This document shows positions 1 to 8,039 of a stretch of 20,000 bases of DNA, piece after piece. The notes beneath the pieces were generated by a model. That model did no database searches. It had not been told where the DNA came from and saw only the letters and a program-made list of their open reading frames with translations. Position 1 is the first letter of the stretch; each line of letters begins with the position of its first letter. This stretch comes from an uncultured virus (IMG/VR IMGVR_UViG_3300032326_002378). Its lineage: Duplodnaviria > Heunggongvirae > Uroviricota > Caudoviricetes. The stretch is from the IMG/VR virus record IMGVR_UViG_3300032326_002378. One strand, written 5' to 3'. Both the position numbers and the translations under genes were made by a program.

Positions 1-303
1 GATCCAGCTTTAGTTGCTAGACTTCTAAGACAAAATACAGGTGCAGTGACATCAGGGACAAACAGACAATCTAGAGCTTTTGTAGCTCAAGCTCCTGAAC
101 TTGGCAGATCAGAAACTACTGTTGCTGGAATGAAGATGTCCAACATGCAAAGAGACGGATACATTGCAGGTGGAGATTTTAACTACACTGCAAAGCCAAG
201 TGATGATTTTGGATTTGATAGCGAACCTTCAATTGCTGAGGAAATTGACCTTGAAGTTGATTCTTTAGGAGATGATGAAAAGGGCTCAATTAGAAGACTC
301 TAG
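1..303 (+). CDS. Partial CDS (5' truncated), hypothetical protein with acidic C-terminus, probably head-module associated
   Basis: Frame 1 is open from base 1 (DPALVARLLRQNTGAVTSG...), so the GTG at 46 is probably internal. Ends at TAG 301-303 and is followed by a terminator. Confidence 0.75.
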   Translation, partial: DPALVARLLRQNTGAVTSGTNRQSRAFVAQAPELGRSETTVAGMKMSNMQRDGYIAGGDFNYTAKPSDDFGFDSEPSIAEEIDLEVDSLGDDEKGSIRRL

Positions 304-328
304 AAAAATTGTAATAAGACTTAAGCTT

Positions 329-362
329 AAGAAGGCAGTCTAACAAGGCTGCCTTCTTTTTT
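329..362 (+). terminator. Rho-independent terminator
   Basis: 13-bp stem AAGAAGGCAGTCT (329-341) / AGGCTGCCTTCTT (346-358) with one G-U pair, loop AACA, running into a T tract ending at 362. Confidence 0.85.
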
Positions 363-375
363 ATGGAGACATCTT

Positions 376-1440
376 ATGGCAGACTTCAACGCATCATCAT
401 TTACACAAAGTGAACTTGTATTCTACAATAGATCTGCTGGGACTCAAGGTATTTACATTGAGTGGGAAAGATACACCGGATCTGGAGTAAGTGTATACAA
501 TATTTATAGAAGTGAGTATTTTGATGGCAACTACGAACTTGTAGATGCTGTTGTATTTCCAAAAAATGAATATGTAGACAAGACTGGTAAACCTTCATAT
601 TATTACAAGATAGAAGAAGTTGGAGGTACTGGATATACAGTTTCCTTTAGTACAAGCGCTCCAATTTCTGGTGATGAATTACTTACAAAAAGTAGCTTAA
701 GATTTGAATTAGAGCACCTTTTGAACATCCCAATTTATGATGAAGAAGTTTTATTCAATGCAAATAGAACTTCTGCTTCTGTAGCTTTTCCTCATTGGAA
801 TTATTCTCCAAGACCACAAGTTAGAATTACTGGCGCATCAAATGAAGGTGACAGTGAACCAATGAAGTTCTTGTCTGAATATGATCCAATTTACACGACT
901 CTTTCAGGGACAGCTGCATCATCATATCCACAAGGTTTAAAATATAAAACAGATTACAACGGAAATATTTACTTCTTAAAAGCTGATGGCACCCCGCAAT
1001 CTATACAAAGCTACGACACTGTAATGGTTTCTTACAACATCAAAATGTTTACAAGTCAACACATGAACAGTGCATTGAATATGGCTTTGCAATCAGTTAA
1101 TTCTCAACCTGGTTCTTCAAAATATCAATCAGTGGCCAGCGCTCCATTCTATTACGAACCAGCTCTTGTTATTGGTGCTTCTTATTATCTTTTAAGAAGT
1201 TTGCTTGTATCTTTGACAGGCAGACAAAGAAGATTGTTACTTGAAGATCCTGATGCAAAAATTGTTGATGATCTTAGACAATCAGCTACAATGTATAAAG
1301 AAGATTTTGAGAAACAACTTGAGAAACTTCCAATTGCAAGATTCCCAAGAATTACGACTATTGTCACTCCAGCTTTCAACATGCCTGGTGGTAGATCAAG
1401 ATTCTTTAGATACATTTGGAATCTCGGTACTGGTGTCTGA
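376..1440 (+). CDS. Putative head-tail adaptor/connector with N-terminal FN3-like beta domain
   Basis: GGAG RBS at 365-368. N-terminus has an FN3-like pattern (IYIEW...YNIYRS...YVD...YYYKI). The C-terminal helical part (FTSQHMNSALNMALQSVN...EPALVIGASYYLL) resembles gp6/gp15-type connectors. Position after a terminator in a structural region fits. Confidence 0.5.
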   Translation: MADFNASSFTQSELVFYNRSAGTQGIYIEWERYTGSGVSVYNIYRSEYFDGNYELVDAVVFPKNEYVDKTGKPSYYYKIEEVGGTGYTVSFSTSAPISGDELLTKSSLRFELEHLLNIPIYDEEVLFNANRTSASVAFPHWNYSPRPQVRITGASNEGDSEPMKFLSEYDPIYTTLSGTAASSYPQGLKYKTDYNGNIYFLKADGTPQSIQSYDTVMVSYNIKMFTSQHMNSALNMALQSVNSQPGSSKYQSVASAPFYYEPALVIGASYYLLRSLLVSLTGRQRRLLLEDPDAKIVDDLRQSATMYKEDFEKQLEKLPIARFPRITTIVTPAFNMPGGRSRFFRYIWNLGTGV

Positions 1441-2156
1441 TGAATTATATTGTCATTGAGCATAAAAGTGTAGAAAGTACACAAAAGTTTTTGGATTTTA
1501 TTGATTTTGATAAAGCTGAACTAATTTTGCTCAATGACAAAAAAGTCAGAGGAATTAAAACAAACTTAAAAACACATACACTGAACATAGAAAAAATATG
1601 TTCATTCTTGAAATTATTAAAACCCACAGACAAAATCTTATTTATAGATAATGTTGTGGGTTTTATTCTTCCAGGAAGCATTTACAATATTTTTTCAAAA
1701 CACTCAAATGACCAAGTTAGTTTAGCTTGTCATACTAATGGTAATAACGAACTATATATAGCCCAAGTAATGGGATTTATTCCAGATATAGTTACTAAAC
1801 ATTGGTCAGATAATTATATAGATGAGGCTGATTTAAACCATACTGAACTTGAAAACGAACTTATAACTCAAATGAAGTTTTTAAAAGATTCAAATATAAT
1901 TGATTTTTTGAACTTTAATAAATACAGAGTTTACAATATTAATTACAAGGTCAGAGCTATTTGCGTCTCACCTAAACATTTACTATTTACATTCAAAGCA
2001 AAAAGACCATATAGTTTGCCAGAAATTATTTACAAAACTTTAACTCAAAAGTTTACAAAATATTTAATTTCAGGTTGTTGGGTATCAGAAAATCCAGAAA
2101 TGTATAAGTTAACAAATGAACATAAAGGATTTGAAGATAGTAATATCATCATATAA
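1440..2156 (+). CDS. Hypothetical protein, possibly divergent GT-A (GT2-like) glycosyltransferase fold
   Basis: Start moved from 1416 to ATG 1440, which overlaps the upstream stop (TGATG). DKILFIDNVVGFILPGSI resembles the GT2 DxD strand but lacks the second Asp. Lies next to other GT-like genes. Confidence 0.35.
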   Translation: MNYIVIEHKSVESTQKFLDFIDFDKAELILLNDKKVRGIKTNLKTHTLNIEKICSFLKLLKPTDKILFIDNVVGFILPGSIYNIFSKHSNDQVSLACHTNGNNELYIAQVMGFIPDIVTKHWSDNYIDEADLNHTELENELITQMKFLKDSNIIDFLNFNKYRVYNINYKVRAICVSPKHLLFTFKAKRPYSLPEIIYKTLTQKFTKYLISGCWVSENPEMYKLTNEHKGFEDSNIII

Positions 2157-2781
2157 AACTTCATATCAAAACTCTGGCAAAAAATTGATTGAGAGTTTGA
2201 TTGAAAATAATTCTTTTGATTCTGAACAAATCTTATTGGTTATTGGTGGTTATGACAAGAGAGAAGAGTTCAAATATTTGAACTGCAAAGCTATAAAGGT
2301 TAATCACAACTCTTATGATCACACTGGAATAATTGAAGTTATTGAAAGTGGAGAGCAATCAAAATATTGGTTTTCTACACATGATACTTGCATTGCTGGG
2401 ACTAACTTCTTACCTTCATTATTAAGATGCAAAGTCAATGAAGATTTTGTAGCAATGACTGAAATGGGATGGCTAAATATGGGAATATTCAGTCAGAAGT
2501 TTTTAAATAAAAACAAACATTTTATTCTTTCATTAAAAAATTGTTCTAAGATCAGAGCAATTTTAAGTGAAAGAACATTCACTCGTTTAGGTAAATATCA
2601 ATACTTAACCCCTAATTCAAAAGTATATAGATCCAATGAAGATCAGAATATATACGAAGACAACAAAAAAAGAACTGTGTTGTATTTTGAAGATTTAGAT
2701 TTTTATAAATACCAAAGTTATGAAGCTGTATCTATCATGAAACCTAACTTCACTGAACATAAAAAGGAGGATCTATTTTAA
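2116..2781 (+). CDS. Putative GT-A fold glycosyltransferase
   Basis: N-terminal strand KIVISSY, helix KKLIESL, strand ILLVIGG, HNSYDHTG, and YWFSTHDTC at the position of a DxD-equivalent motif. Confidence 0.5.
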   Translation: MNIKDLKIVISSYKTSYQNSGKKLIESLIENNSFDSEQILLVIGGYDKREEFKYLNCKAIKVNHNSYDHTGIIEVIESGEQSKYWFSTHDTCIAGTNFLPSLLRCKVNEDFVAMTEMGWLNMGIFSQKFLNKNKHFILSLKNCSKIRAILSERTFTRLGKYQYLTPNSKVYRSNEDQNIYEDNKKRTVLYFEDLDFYKYQSYEAVSIMKPNFTEHKKEDLF

Positions 2782-4370
2782 TGTTTTTAGATGAATTAAC
2801 TCCTGAACGTGCTTTGGTATCACATGGTTATTTAGGGACAAAAGGTGATATGGGCTATCCTATTATCCCTTCAATTAATGGAATCAATTTTAATAGATGC
2901 TTAAGCGCTCATGCAAGCTCAATCCTTAAATATAAGTTATCAAAAAAATACAAATCTTTTCACTCTTATATAGGTCTTAATGATTCATCTTCATTTGATG
3001 CAAGAGTAGTTTTTCAAGTTCTATGTGATTCAAAAATTGTTTATGAAAGCTCTGAAATTAAAGTATACGACAAAATAATTCCAATTGAAATAAGCTTAGA
3101 GAATTGTGAATATCTAGAATTGAGATGCATAAACAAAGGAAGTAGCTTTGCGCATTCTGTATGGATTAACCCACAAATTAATGAAGAATTATTAAAAGTA
3201 TTCACAGGGCCTTTTAATAATTCAAAAGCGCATTTAGATTTCGAAAAAAGAAAATCTAACATAGCGGTAGTTTTGTTTGCTACAGAAAATGTATCTCAAT
3301 ACCTCTACACTTTTATAAAATCATTCAAAACAAACTCAAAGCTAGAAGATTATGAAATATACATCACATGTCCAGACAATTCAAGTACAGTTAAAAATAT
3401 TTCCAAGCACTTCGACTGTGTTTTTGTAAAATTAGAACCAACTGTAAATTACCATGTCAAATCGCTTGTTGATTTGAAAGATGCTGCTTACTTACTTGCT
3501 AAACACATAGACTGTAATTTTGTAATAATTTCGGACATAGACATTATTATTAATGGCGACTTAAACCCAAGTCTAATTGAGAATAAGATAGGCATTTGTA
3601 GAGATTACAACACAGAAAAGTTTTCTTTTGGTCAGCTGATTGAAGCAGAGTGGAGTGCATACAATGGAAATGAGAAAAGTAAAGAACTTTTAAAGCTAAG
3701 TCAAGATGAGTTTGAAAACAAATCGATCATTAATTGTGGATATGTAACTGCTGACAAGAAAACATTAAGTATTTTAGATTCTGAATTGAGAAAAATGCTG
3801 CCGTTTTCTCAATTTTATTTGTTTGAAAATAACGGATCTTTCTGTAGAGAACAAGCTCTAATTAATTTAGGTTTGATCAGGTCTAACAATTTTGAAATAC
3901 TAGACGATACATTCAACCACCAATTGCTACATGCTGATCCAAATGATTCAACTGTAATTCACTTAAATGGAAAAGAAAGTAAACAAAAATATAAATATTT
4001 AATTGATGAATGGTTGGATAACGAGTTTGATGATCTTAAAAAATCACTCATAGAAAAAGAAATTAAAAATAAAAATAAAGTACTAAATTGGACTAATGAG
4101 CATATAAATCATACAATTAAATTAGATTTTAATGATTTTGTGTCAGCTAAAAAATTGATCAATGAAGATCTTGATTTAGTGTTTGTTGATCTAAGAAGAG
4201 ATGTGGCTAACCTTAAAATAGTCATTCATCTTATCGAAAAATATCTTGAAAAAGGAAAAGTCATTGGTCTTTGCTCAAATCAAGAATACAAAAACCTAGA
4301 AGCAATTAAATGCAATTATGAAGTTATTGGAGAACATGGGCATTTGCTACTAGTCCATATAAAAAAATAA
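2781..4370 (+). CDS. NPCBM/NEW2 carbohydrate-binding domain + GT8-like glycosyltransferase + degenerate methyltransferase-like C-terminus
   Basis: AGGAGG RBS at 2765-2770 and TAATG coupling. NPCBM pattern SAHASS.LKY.L...YKSF.SYIGLND...VVFQV..D...LEL...AHSVWINP. GT8 motifs ISDIDII (DxD, 3534-3542), INCGYV, EQALIN, FNHQ and VIHLNG. C-terminal DLVFVD...IEKYLEKGKVI. Confidence 0.75.
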   Translation: MFLDELTPERALVSHGYLGTKGDMGYPIIPSINGINFNRCLSAHASSILKYKLSKKYKSFHSYIGLNDSSSFDARVVFQVLCDSKIVYESSEIKVYDKIIPIEISLENCEYLELRCINKGSSFAHSVWINPQINEELLKVFTGPFNNSKAHLDFEKRKSNIAVVLFATENVSQYLYTFIKSFKTNSKLEDYEIYITCPDNSSTVKNISKHFDCVFVKLEPTVNYHVKSLVDLKDAAYLLAKHIDCNFVIISDIDIIINGDLNPSLIENKIGICRDYNTEKFSFGQLIEAEWSAYNGNEKSKELLKLSQDEFENKSIINCGYVTADKKTLSILDSELRKMLPFSQFYLFENNGSFCREQALINLGLIRSNNFEILDDTFNHQLLHADPNDSTVIHLNGKESKQKYKYLIDEWLDNEFDDLKKSLIEKEIKNKNKVLNWTNEHINHTIKLDFNDFVSAKKLINEDLDLVFVDLRRDVANLKIVIHLIEKYLEKGKVIGLCSNQEYKNLEAIKCNYEVIGEHGHLLLVHIKK

Positions 4371-4371
4371 A

Positions 4372-5715
4372 ATGAAAGAATTAGAAGTACAAAAATATTT
4401 GAGATCAGGAAAGTCTCTGATCAACTTAAGGCAAGAATATAAAATTGATTTTACTGTCAATACCGAACAAAACTCTGTGGTATTGAATTACAGTCCTTTG
4501 ACTCCAATGACAACACAAATTGGCAAAGAAAGTAGAGCTTTAATTCTTGATCTTGATAATTGGAATGTAATAGCCAAATCAATGGATGCTTTTGATGTCC
4601 CTACTAGCCTCAAAACACCAGGTATTATCGAAGATTTTGATTGGAATAGTGCTTTTGCTATTCCCAAGTATGATGGATGTTTAATGATGCTGTATTTCCA
4701 TCAAAATCAATGGTTTATAGGAACAAGATTTTCCACTGACAGCAATTGTAATGTGTACTCACCTAACTCTGGAGAAACAGATTTAAAGTGGATTGACTTG
4801 TTCAAACAAATCATTGAAGATTACGGATATACATTTGAAGAATTTACAGCCAATTTTTCCAAAGACAAATATTACAGCTTTGAGCTATGTAGTAGATTTA
4901 ATAGGAACATAGTTATTTACGAAGAGTCCTTAATCAAGATTATCTCAATTGTTGATGCGAAAACACTTGAAGAGATAAACATTGATAGTTTTCACTTAAC
5001 AGAGTTTCTACCTGAAAAAATCAAAGTTAATAATTTAAAAGAAGTTTATGACTTAATCAATCTAAATGACAACCCAATTGAAGTGGAAGGTTTTGTAGTA
5101 GTTGACTCTAGCTTCAAACGATTAAAAGTTAAGAATGACAAATATACTAATTTAGGATTTAAATCTTACAGCACTGATGATATCAAAGCACTTAAAGAAT
5201 ACGCTTCGATAATTTTGTCAACTCCAAGCATTACTGAATGGTATTGCGTTACATGTAATCCACAACCAGGGTATGGAGCTCCTTCAAATAATTGTGTTGA
5301 AGTACCAATTGGAGAAAATCTATTCTTTCCGCCAGAACAAGGATGTGTAGTGACCGGACCGTATTCAACATCTGCAGAATGTACCAATAATTGTTTAGGA
5401 TTCATTGGAGATTTTGGAGAGTCAAGTATCCAATCAAACAAAATGTGTTCAACTCAATGGAGTCCAAAGAATAAATCAAGTAAAGAACCAATTTCATTAG
5501 TAAATCAATTTGTTGAAATGCTAAATTGGTTTAGCAACAACTATATTAGTTACAAGATTACAAATAATGAATCTATCAAAAATCTTCTATGTTTAGTTTG
5601 GGAATATGCATTCTTCCAAATGGAATCAGGAAAGAGTATTAGTGAAATTATTAATTCTTCAAGTGAAGTAGATCAAATCTTAGCTTTGGAGAAATTTGAA
5701 CAATTAGTAAAATAA
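4372..5715 (+). CDS. T4 Rnl1-like RNA ligase (nucleotidyltransferase) with Cys-rich insert in the C-terminal region
   Basis: VLNYS, ESRALIL, motif I PKYDG (Lys codon 4666-4668), YSFEL (III), EGFVV (IV), RLKVK (V). Confidence 0.8.
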   Translation: MKELEVQKYLRSGKSLINLRQEYKIDFTVNTEQNSVVLNYSPLTPMTTQIGKESRALILDLDNWNVIAKSMDAFDVPTSLKTPGIIEDFDWNSAFAIPKYDGCLMMLYFHQNQWFIGTRFSTDSNCNVYSPNSGETDLKWIDLFKQIIEDYGYTFEEFTANFSKDKYYSFELCSRFNRNIVIYEESLIKIISIVDAKTLEEINIDSFHLTEFLPEKIKVNNLKEVYDLINLNDNPIEVEGFVVVDSSFKRLKVKNDKYTNLGFKSYSTDDIKALKEYASIILSTPSITEWYCVTCNPQPGYGAPSNNCVEVPIGENLFFPPEQGCVVTGPYSTSAECTNNCLGFIGDFGESSIQSNKMCSTQWSPKNKSSKEPISLVNQFVEMLNWFSNNYISYKITNNESIKNLLCLVWEYAFFQMESGKSISEIINSSSEVDQILALEKFEQLVK

Positions 5716-5833
5716 TACTAAAGGTTAAATTTATTTCTTTTATATAATCTTTATAGTATTAATACTAATTACTGTATTAAATAGAATTCCCTTAATTATC
5801 GGGTGTTAAAAAAAAGAAAAAGTTGGAGCAATT
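5716..5833 (+). promoter_or_regulatory. AT-rich intergenic region, probable promoter/regulatory site
   Basis: Longest intergenic gap in the window. TATAAT at 5743-5748, perfect 14-bp palindrome TAGTATTAATACTA at 5754-5767, GGAG RBS at 5825-5828. Confidence 0.45.
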
Positions 5834-6265
5834 ATGAGCAGTAACATTAAAGCAGCGTTGAAGAACATCAAGCCTAAAGTGGCTTCCAAATCAGGCATCA
5901 CTCAAAGAGTTGCTCAGATGTTGGATGAAATGAACCAATTTGATACGATGGGTGCAACAGACATGATGGGTGGGTTAGATAGCATTGAAACAAACAATAG
6001 CATCAATTATGTAAACCCAGATGCACCTTATGGCAGCGCAAACATTTCAAAATATGCACTTCCTAGAGAAGACAACGATGTTCAGACCGATTCTAATCAC
6101 ACCATCCATACTTTCAAAATTGACATTAAGACCCCTAAGGGAGACACATTCCCAAAGTCTGATGTAATGAAAGCAGTTGGCGATGCAGTGGAAGGTTTGG
6201 GTAATATGGAAGTGATGGGCTTTTCATATCAAAAGGCAGATAAGGAAGGCTCAAAGAAATCCTAG
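5834..6265 (+). CDS. Hypothetical protein
   Basis: 143 aa ORF with GGAG RBS. No recognisable motif. Confidence 0.8.
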   Translation: MSSNIKAALKNIKPKVASKSGITQRVAQMLDEMNQFDTMGATDMMGGLDSIETNNSINYVNPDAPYGSANISKYALPREDNDVQTDSNHTIHTFKIDIKTPKGDTFPKSDVMKAVGDAVEGLGNMEVMGFSYQKADKEGSKKS

Positions 6266-6274
6266 GAGCCATAA

Positions 6275-6823
6275 ATGTCGGAACAAGATATCAAGAAGCT
6301 GCGTCATTCGTTTACTAACCCTTTTCGTGAAGACTTACCAAAGCCCAAAATTAATCAGTTTGGGCATACAATTTTGACCGATAGTGATATTTGTGAGTTA
6401 GATCTTTCAGAGTTCAAAATAGAGCAAAATCCTGATGGTTCTGTAACCTTGAACAAACCATTGATGCAGAGCTTTATAGAGACATACGTTCAGCATTCTG
6501 AATCAGAACCAGAAAATTCTGAAGTATTTATTCAACCAGTTGAAAGTGATTTATTAACAAAACTTATTTCAGAACTCGATGACATGAAAGAAGATAAATC
6601 AAAACCTTTCTTGAAAACAAGTGCTTCTGAAATTGATACGGCAAAAACTACTCAAAACGTAATGAAATCCTGTGCAAATGAAAAATGCTTGTACGGTTTG
6701 CCAAAGGAAGCTACGTTTTGTTTGAAATGTGGAACTTATCAAGCCCCTAAATTTTGCACAGAATGTGGATTTAAGTTTCCAGGAATGGAAAAGTTCTGCC
6801 CTGATTGTGGAACAAAAAGATAG
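6275..6823 (+). CDS. Double zinc-ribbon domain protein
   Basis: AGGAG RBS. C-terminal CANEKC...FCLKCG...FCTECG...FCPDCG at 6671-6820. Confidence 0.8.
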   Translation: MSEQDIKKLRHSFTNPFREDLPKPKINQFGHTILTDSDICELDLSEFKIEQNPDGSVTLNKPLMQSFIETYVQHSESEPENSEVFIQPVESDLLTKLISELDDMKEDKSKPFLKTSASEIDTAKTTQNVMKSCANEKCLYGLPKEATFCLKCGTYQAPKFCTECGFKFPGMEKFCPDCGTKR

Positions 6824-6856
6824 GTATTGACAACAATTTACGAGAAAATCTAGATT

Positions 6857-7543
6857 ATGAAACGTACATGGTACCAAACTGCCAAAGAATGCACTGCGCT
6901 CAGAAAAAATACTTTGAGGGTTGACCTTGCCGTTTTTGTTGACGATGAAAAATCATTCACATCTCAAAATGTACTAATGTCAACTGTAAAGTCGTTTCTT
7001 ACAGCTGCAATTATCAAAGGTATTGATGTAATTGGTGTCTTATCAGCAGTAAATCCTAATGTTGGCTGGATTGCTTATCAAATGGCAATTGATCAACAAA
7101 TGGATGTTGCAGTATTGCCTGGTCAGGTATACAAGTGTTCTACTGGCGAAATCCTTTACGTTTACAAAATACGTGAAACAATGAAGCCTGGACTTGATCT
7201 TCCCAAAGCATGTGCCTTTGCTCACAAACTTGGAGGTTATGTAGTTGCTACAGCGTTAACCAAAAAGAAAGTTGCTCAGTTAGACAAGCTTCAAGGAAGT
7301 GTTTATGCTCCTGATGGTGTTGAGATCTACAATCAAAAAAATGGTGGATACAGAGATCTTGACATAGATTTTCCTAAGTTTATTACATCAGCGTCTACAT
7401 CAGCGAATGATTTAGAACAATCAAATGCCTTTAGTTTGATTGAAAGAAAAGAAGCAGAAGAAATTGGATTGTTAGCACCAAATCAAGGTGTTGACTTCGA
7501 ACCAAAATATTTAAAGTCAAAATCTGGAGTTCCAAATGCCTAG
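6857..7543 (+). CDS. PHP-fold protein, predicted catalytically inactive
   Basis: Ordered PHP-like segments LRVDLAVF, AAIIKGIDVIGVLSA, VLPGQVY, AHKLGGYVVATA, DGVEIYN and ITSASTSA, with the canonical His/Asp ligands replaced. Confidence 0.65.
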   Translation: MKRTWYQTAKECTALRKNTLRVDLAVFVDDEKSFTSQNVLMSTVKSFLTAAIIKGIDVIGVLSAVNPNVGWIAYQMAIDQQMDVAVLPGQVYKCSTGEILYVYKIRETMKPGLDLPKACAFAHKLGGYVVATALTKKKVAQLDKLQGSVYAPDGVEIYNQKNGGYRDLDIDFPKFITSASTSANDLEQSNAFSLIERKEAEEIGLLAPNQGVDFEPKYLKSKSGVPNA

Positions 7544-8030
7544 AGCTTATTGCACAACATCTGATGTCAAACAGTATTTACCTCCCAATGTAGTGACTGA
7601 AGGAGATAACCCTACTCCTAATTTCAGAAACCCAGCTCCAGAAACAGCAACAAACATTGATTTAGATTTCTTCATTGAACAAGCTTCATCTCAAATTGAT
7701 GCTAATTTATCAATTCAATACGATGTTCCTTTGAAGCAAATGAATCTTGGTGGAGATTTATCTTATCCACATCCTATTCCAGTTATTTGTGCAATTTTAG
7801 CTGCGCAAATGTATTATTCACAAGCCTTACAAGGTGCTGACAGGCAATTTTCTGAAGCTCAAAAAGACAGGTTTGAATGGGCTATGAATGAACTTGTCAG
7901 GATTCAAAATGGTGAGATCAGATTATTTGGGCAAAGAAACACTCGTGGAGATAGGTTTGTTAGATCTACTTTAAGAGGAATACCAACTAACCCAAGAAAA
8001 GACGGTAGCTCAAAAGGCAAAAGCCAATAA
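7536..8030 (+). CDS. Mu gp36-like / DUF1320 head-tail adaptor (neck) protein
   Basis: YCTTSDV...IEQASSQIDANL..QYDVPL...PHPIPVICAILAA..YY...RFEWAMNELVRIQNGEIRL follows the family pattern. GGAG RBS. Confidence 0.8.
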   Translation: MPRAYCTTSDVKQYLPPNVVTEGDNPTPNFRNPAPETATNIDLDFFIEQASSQIDANLSIQYDVPLKQMNLGGDLSYPHPIPVICAILAAQMYYSQALQGADRQFSEAQKDRFEWAMNELVRIQNGEIRLFGQRNTRGDRFVRSTLRGIPTNPRKDGSSKGKSQ

Positions 8031-8039
8031 GGTTAAACA

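Noticed and set aside
1416..1439. Upstream start at 1416 for the second gene
   Set aside because: ATG 1440 overlapping the upstream TGA matches the coupling pattern used throughout the window.
6827..6856. Sigma70 promoter TTGACA-N18-TAGATT
   Set aside because: The -10 element would abut the ATG at 6857, putting the TSS inside the gene, so it cannot drive this ORF as annotated.
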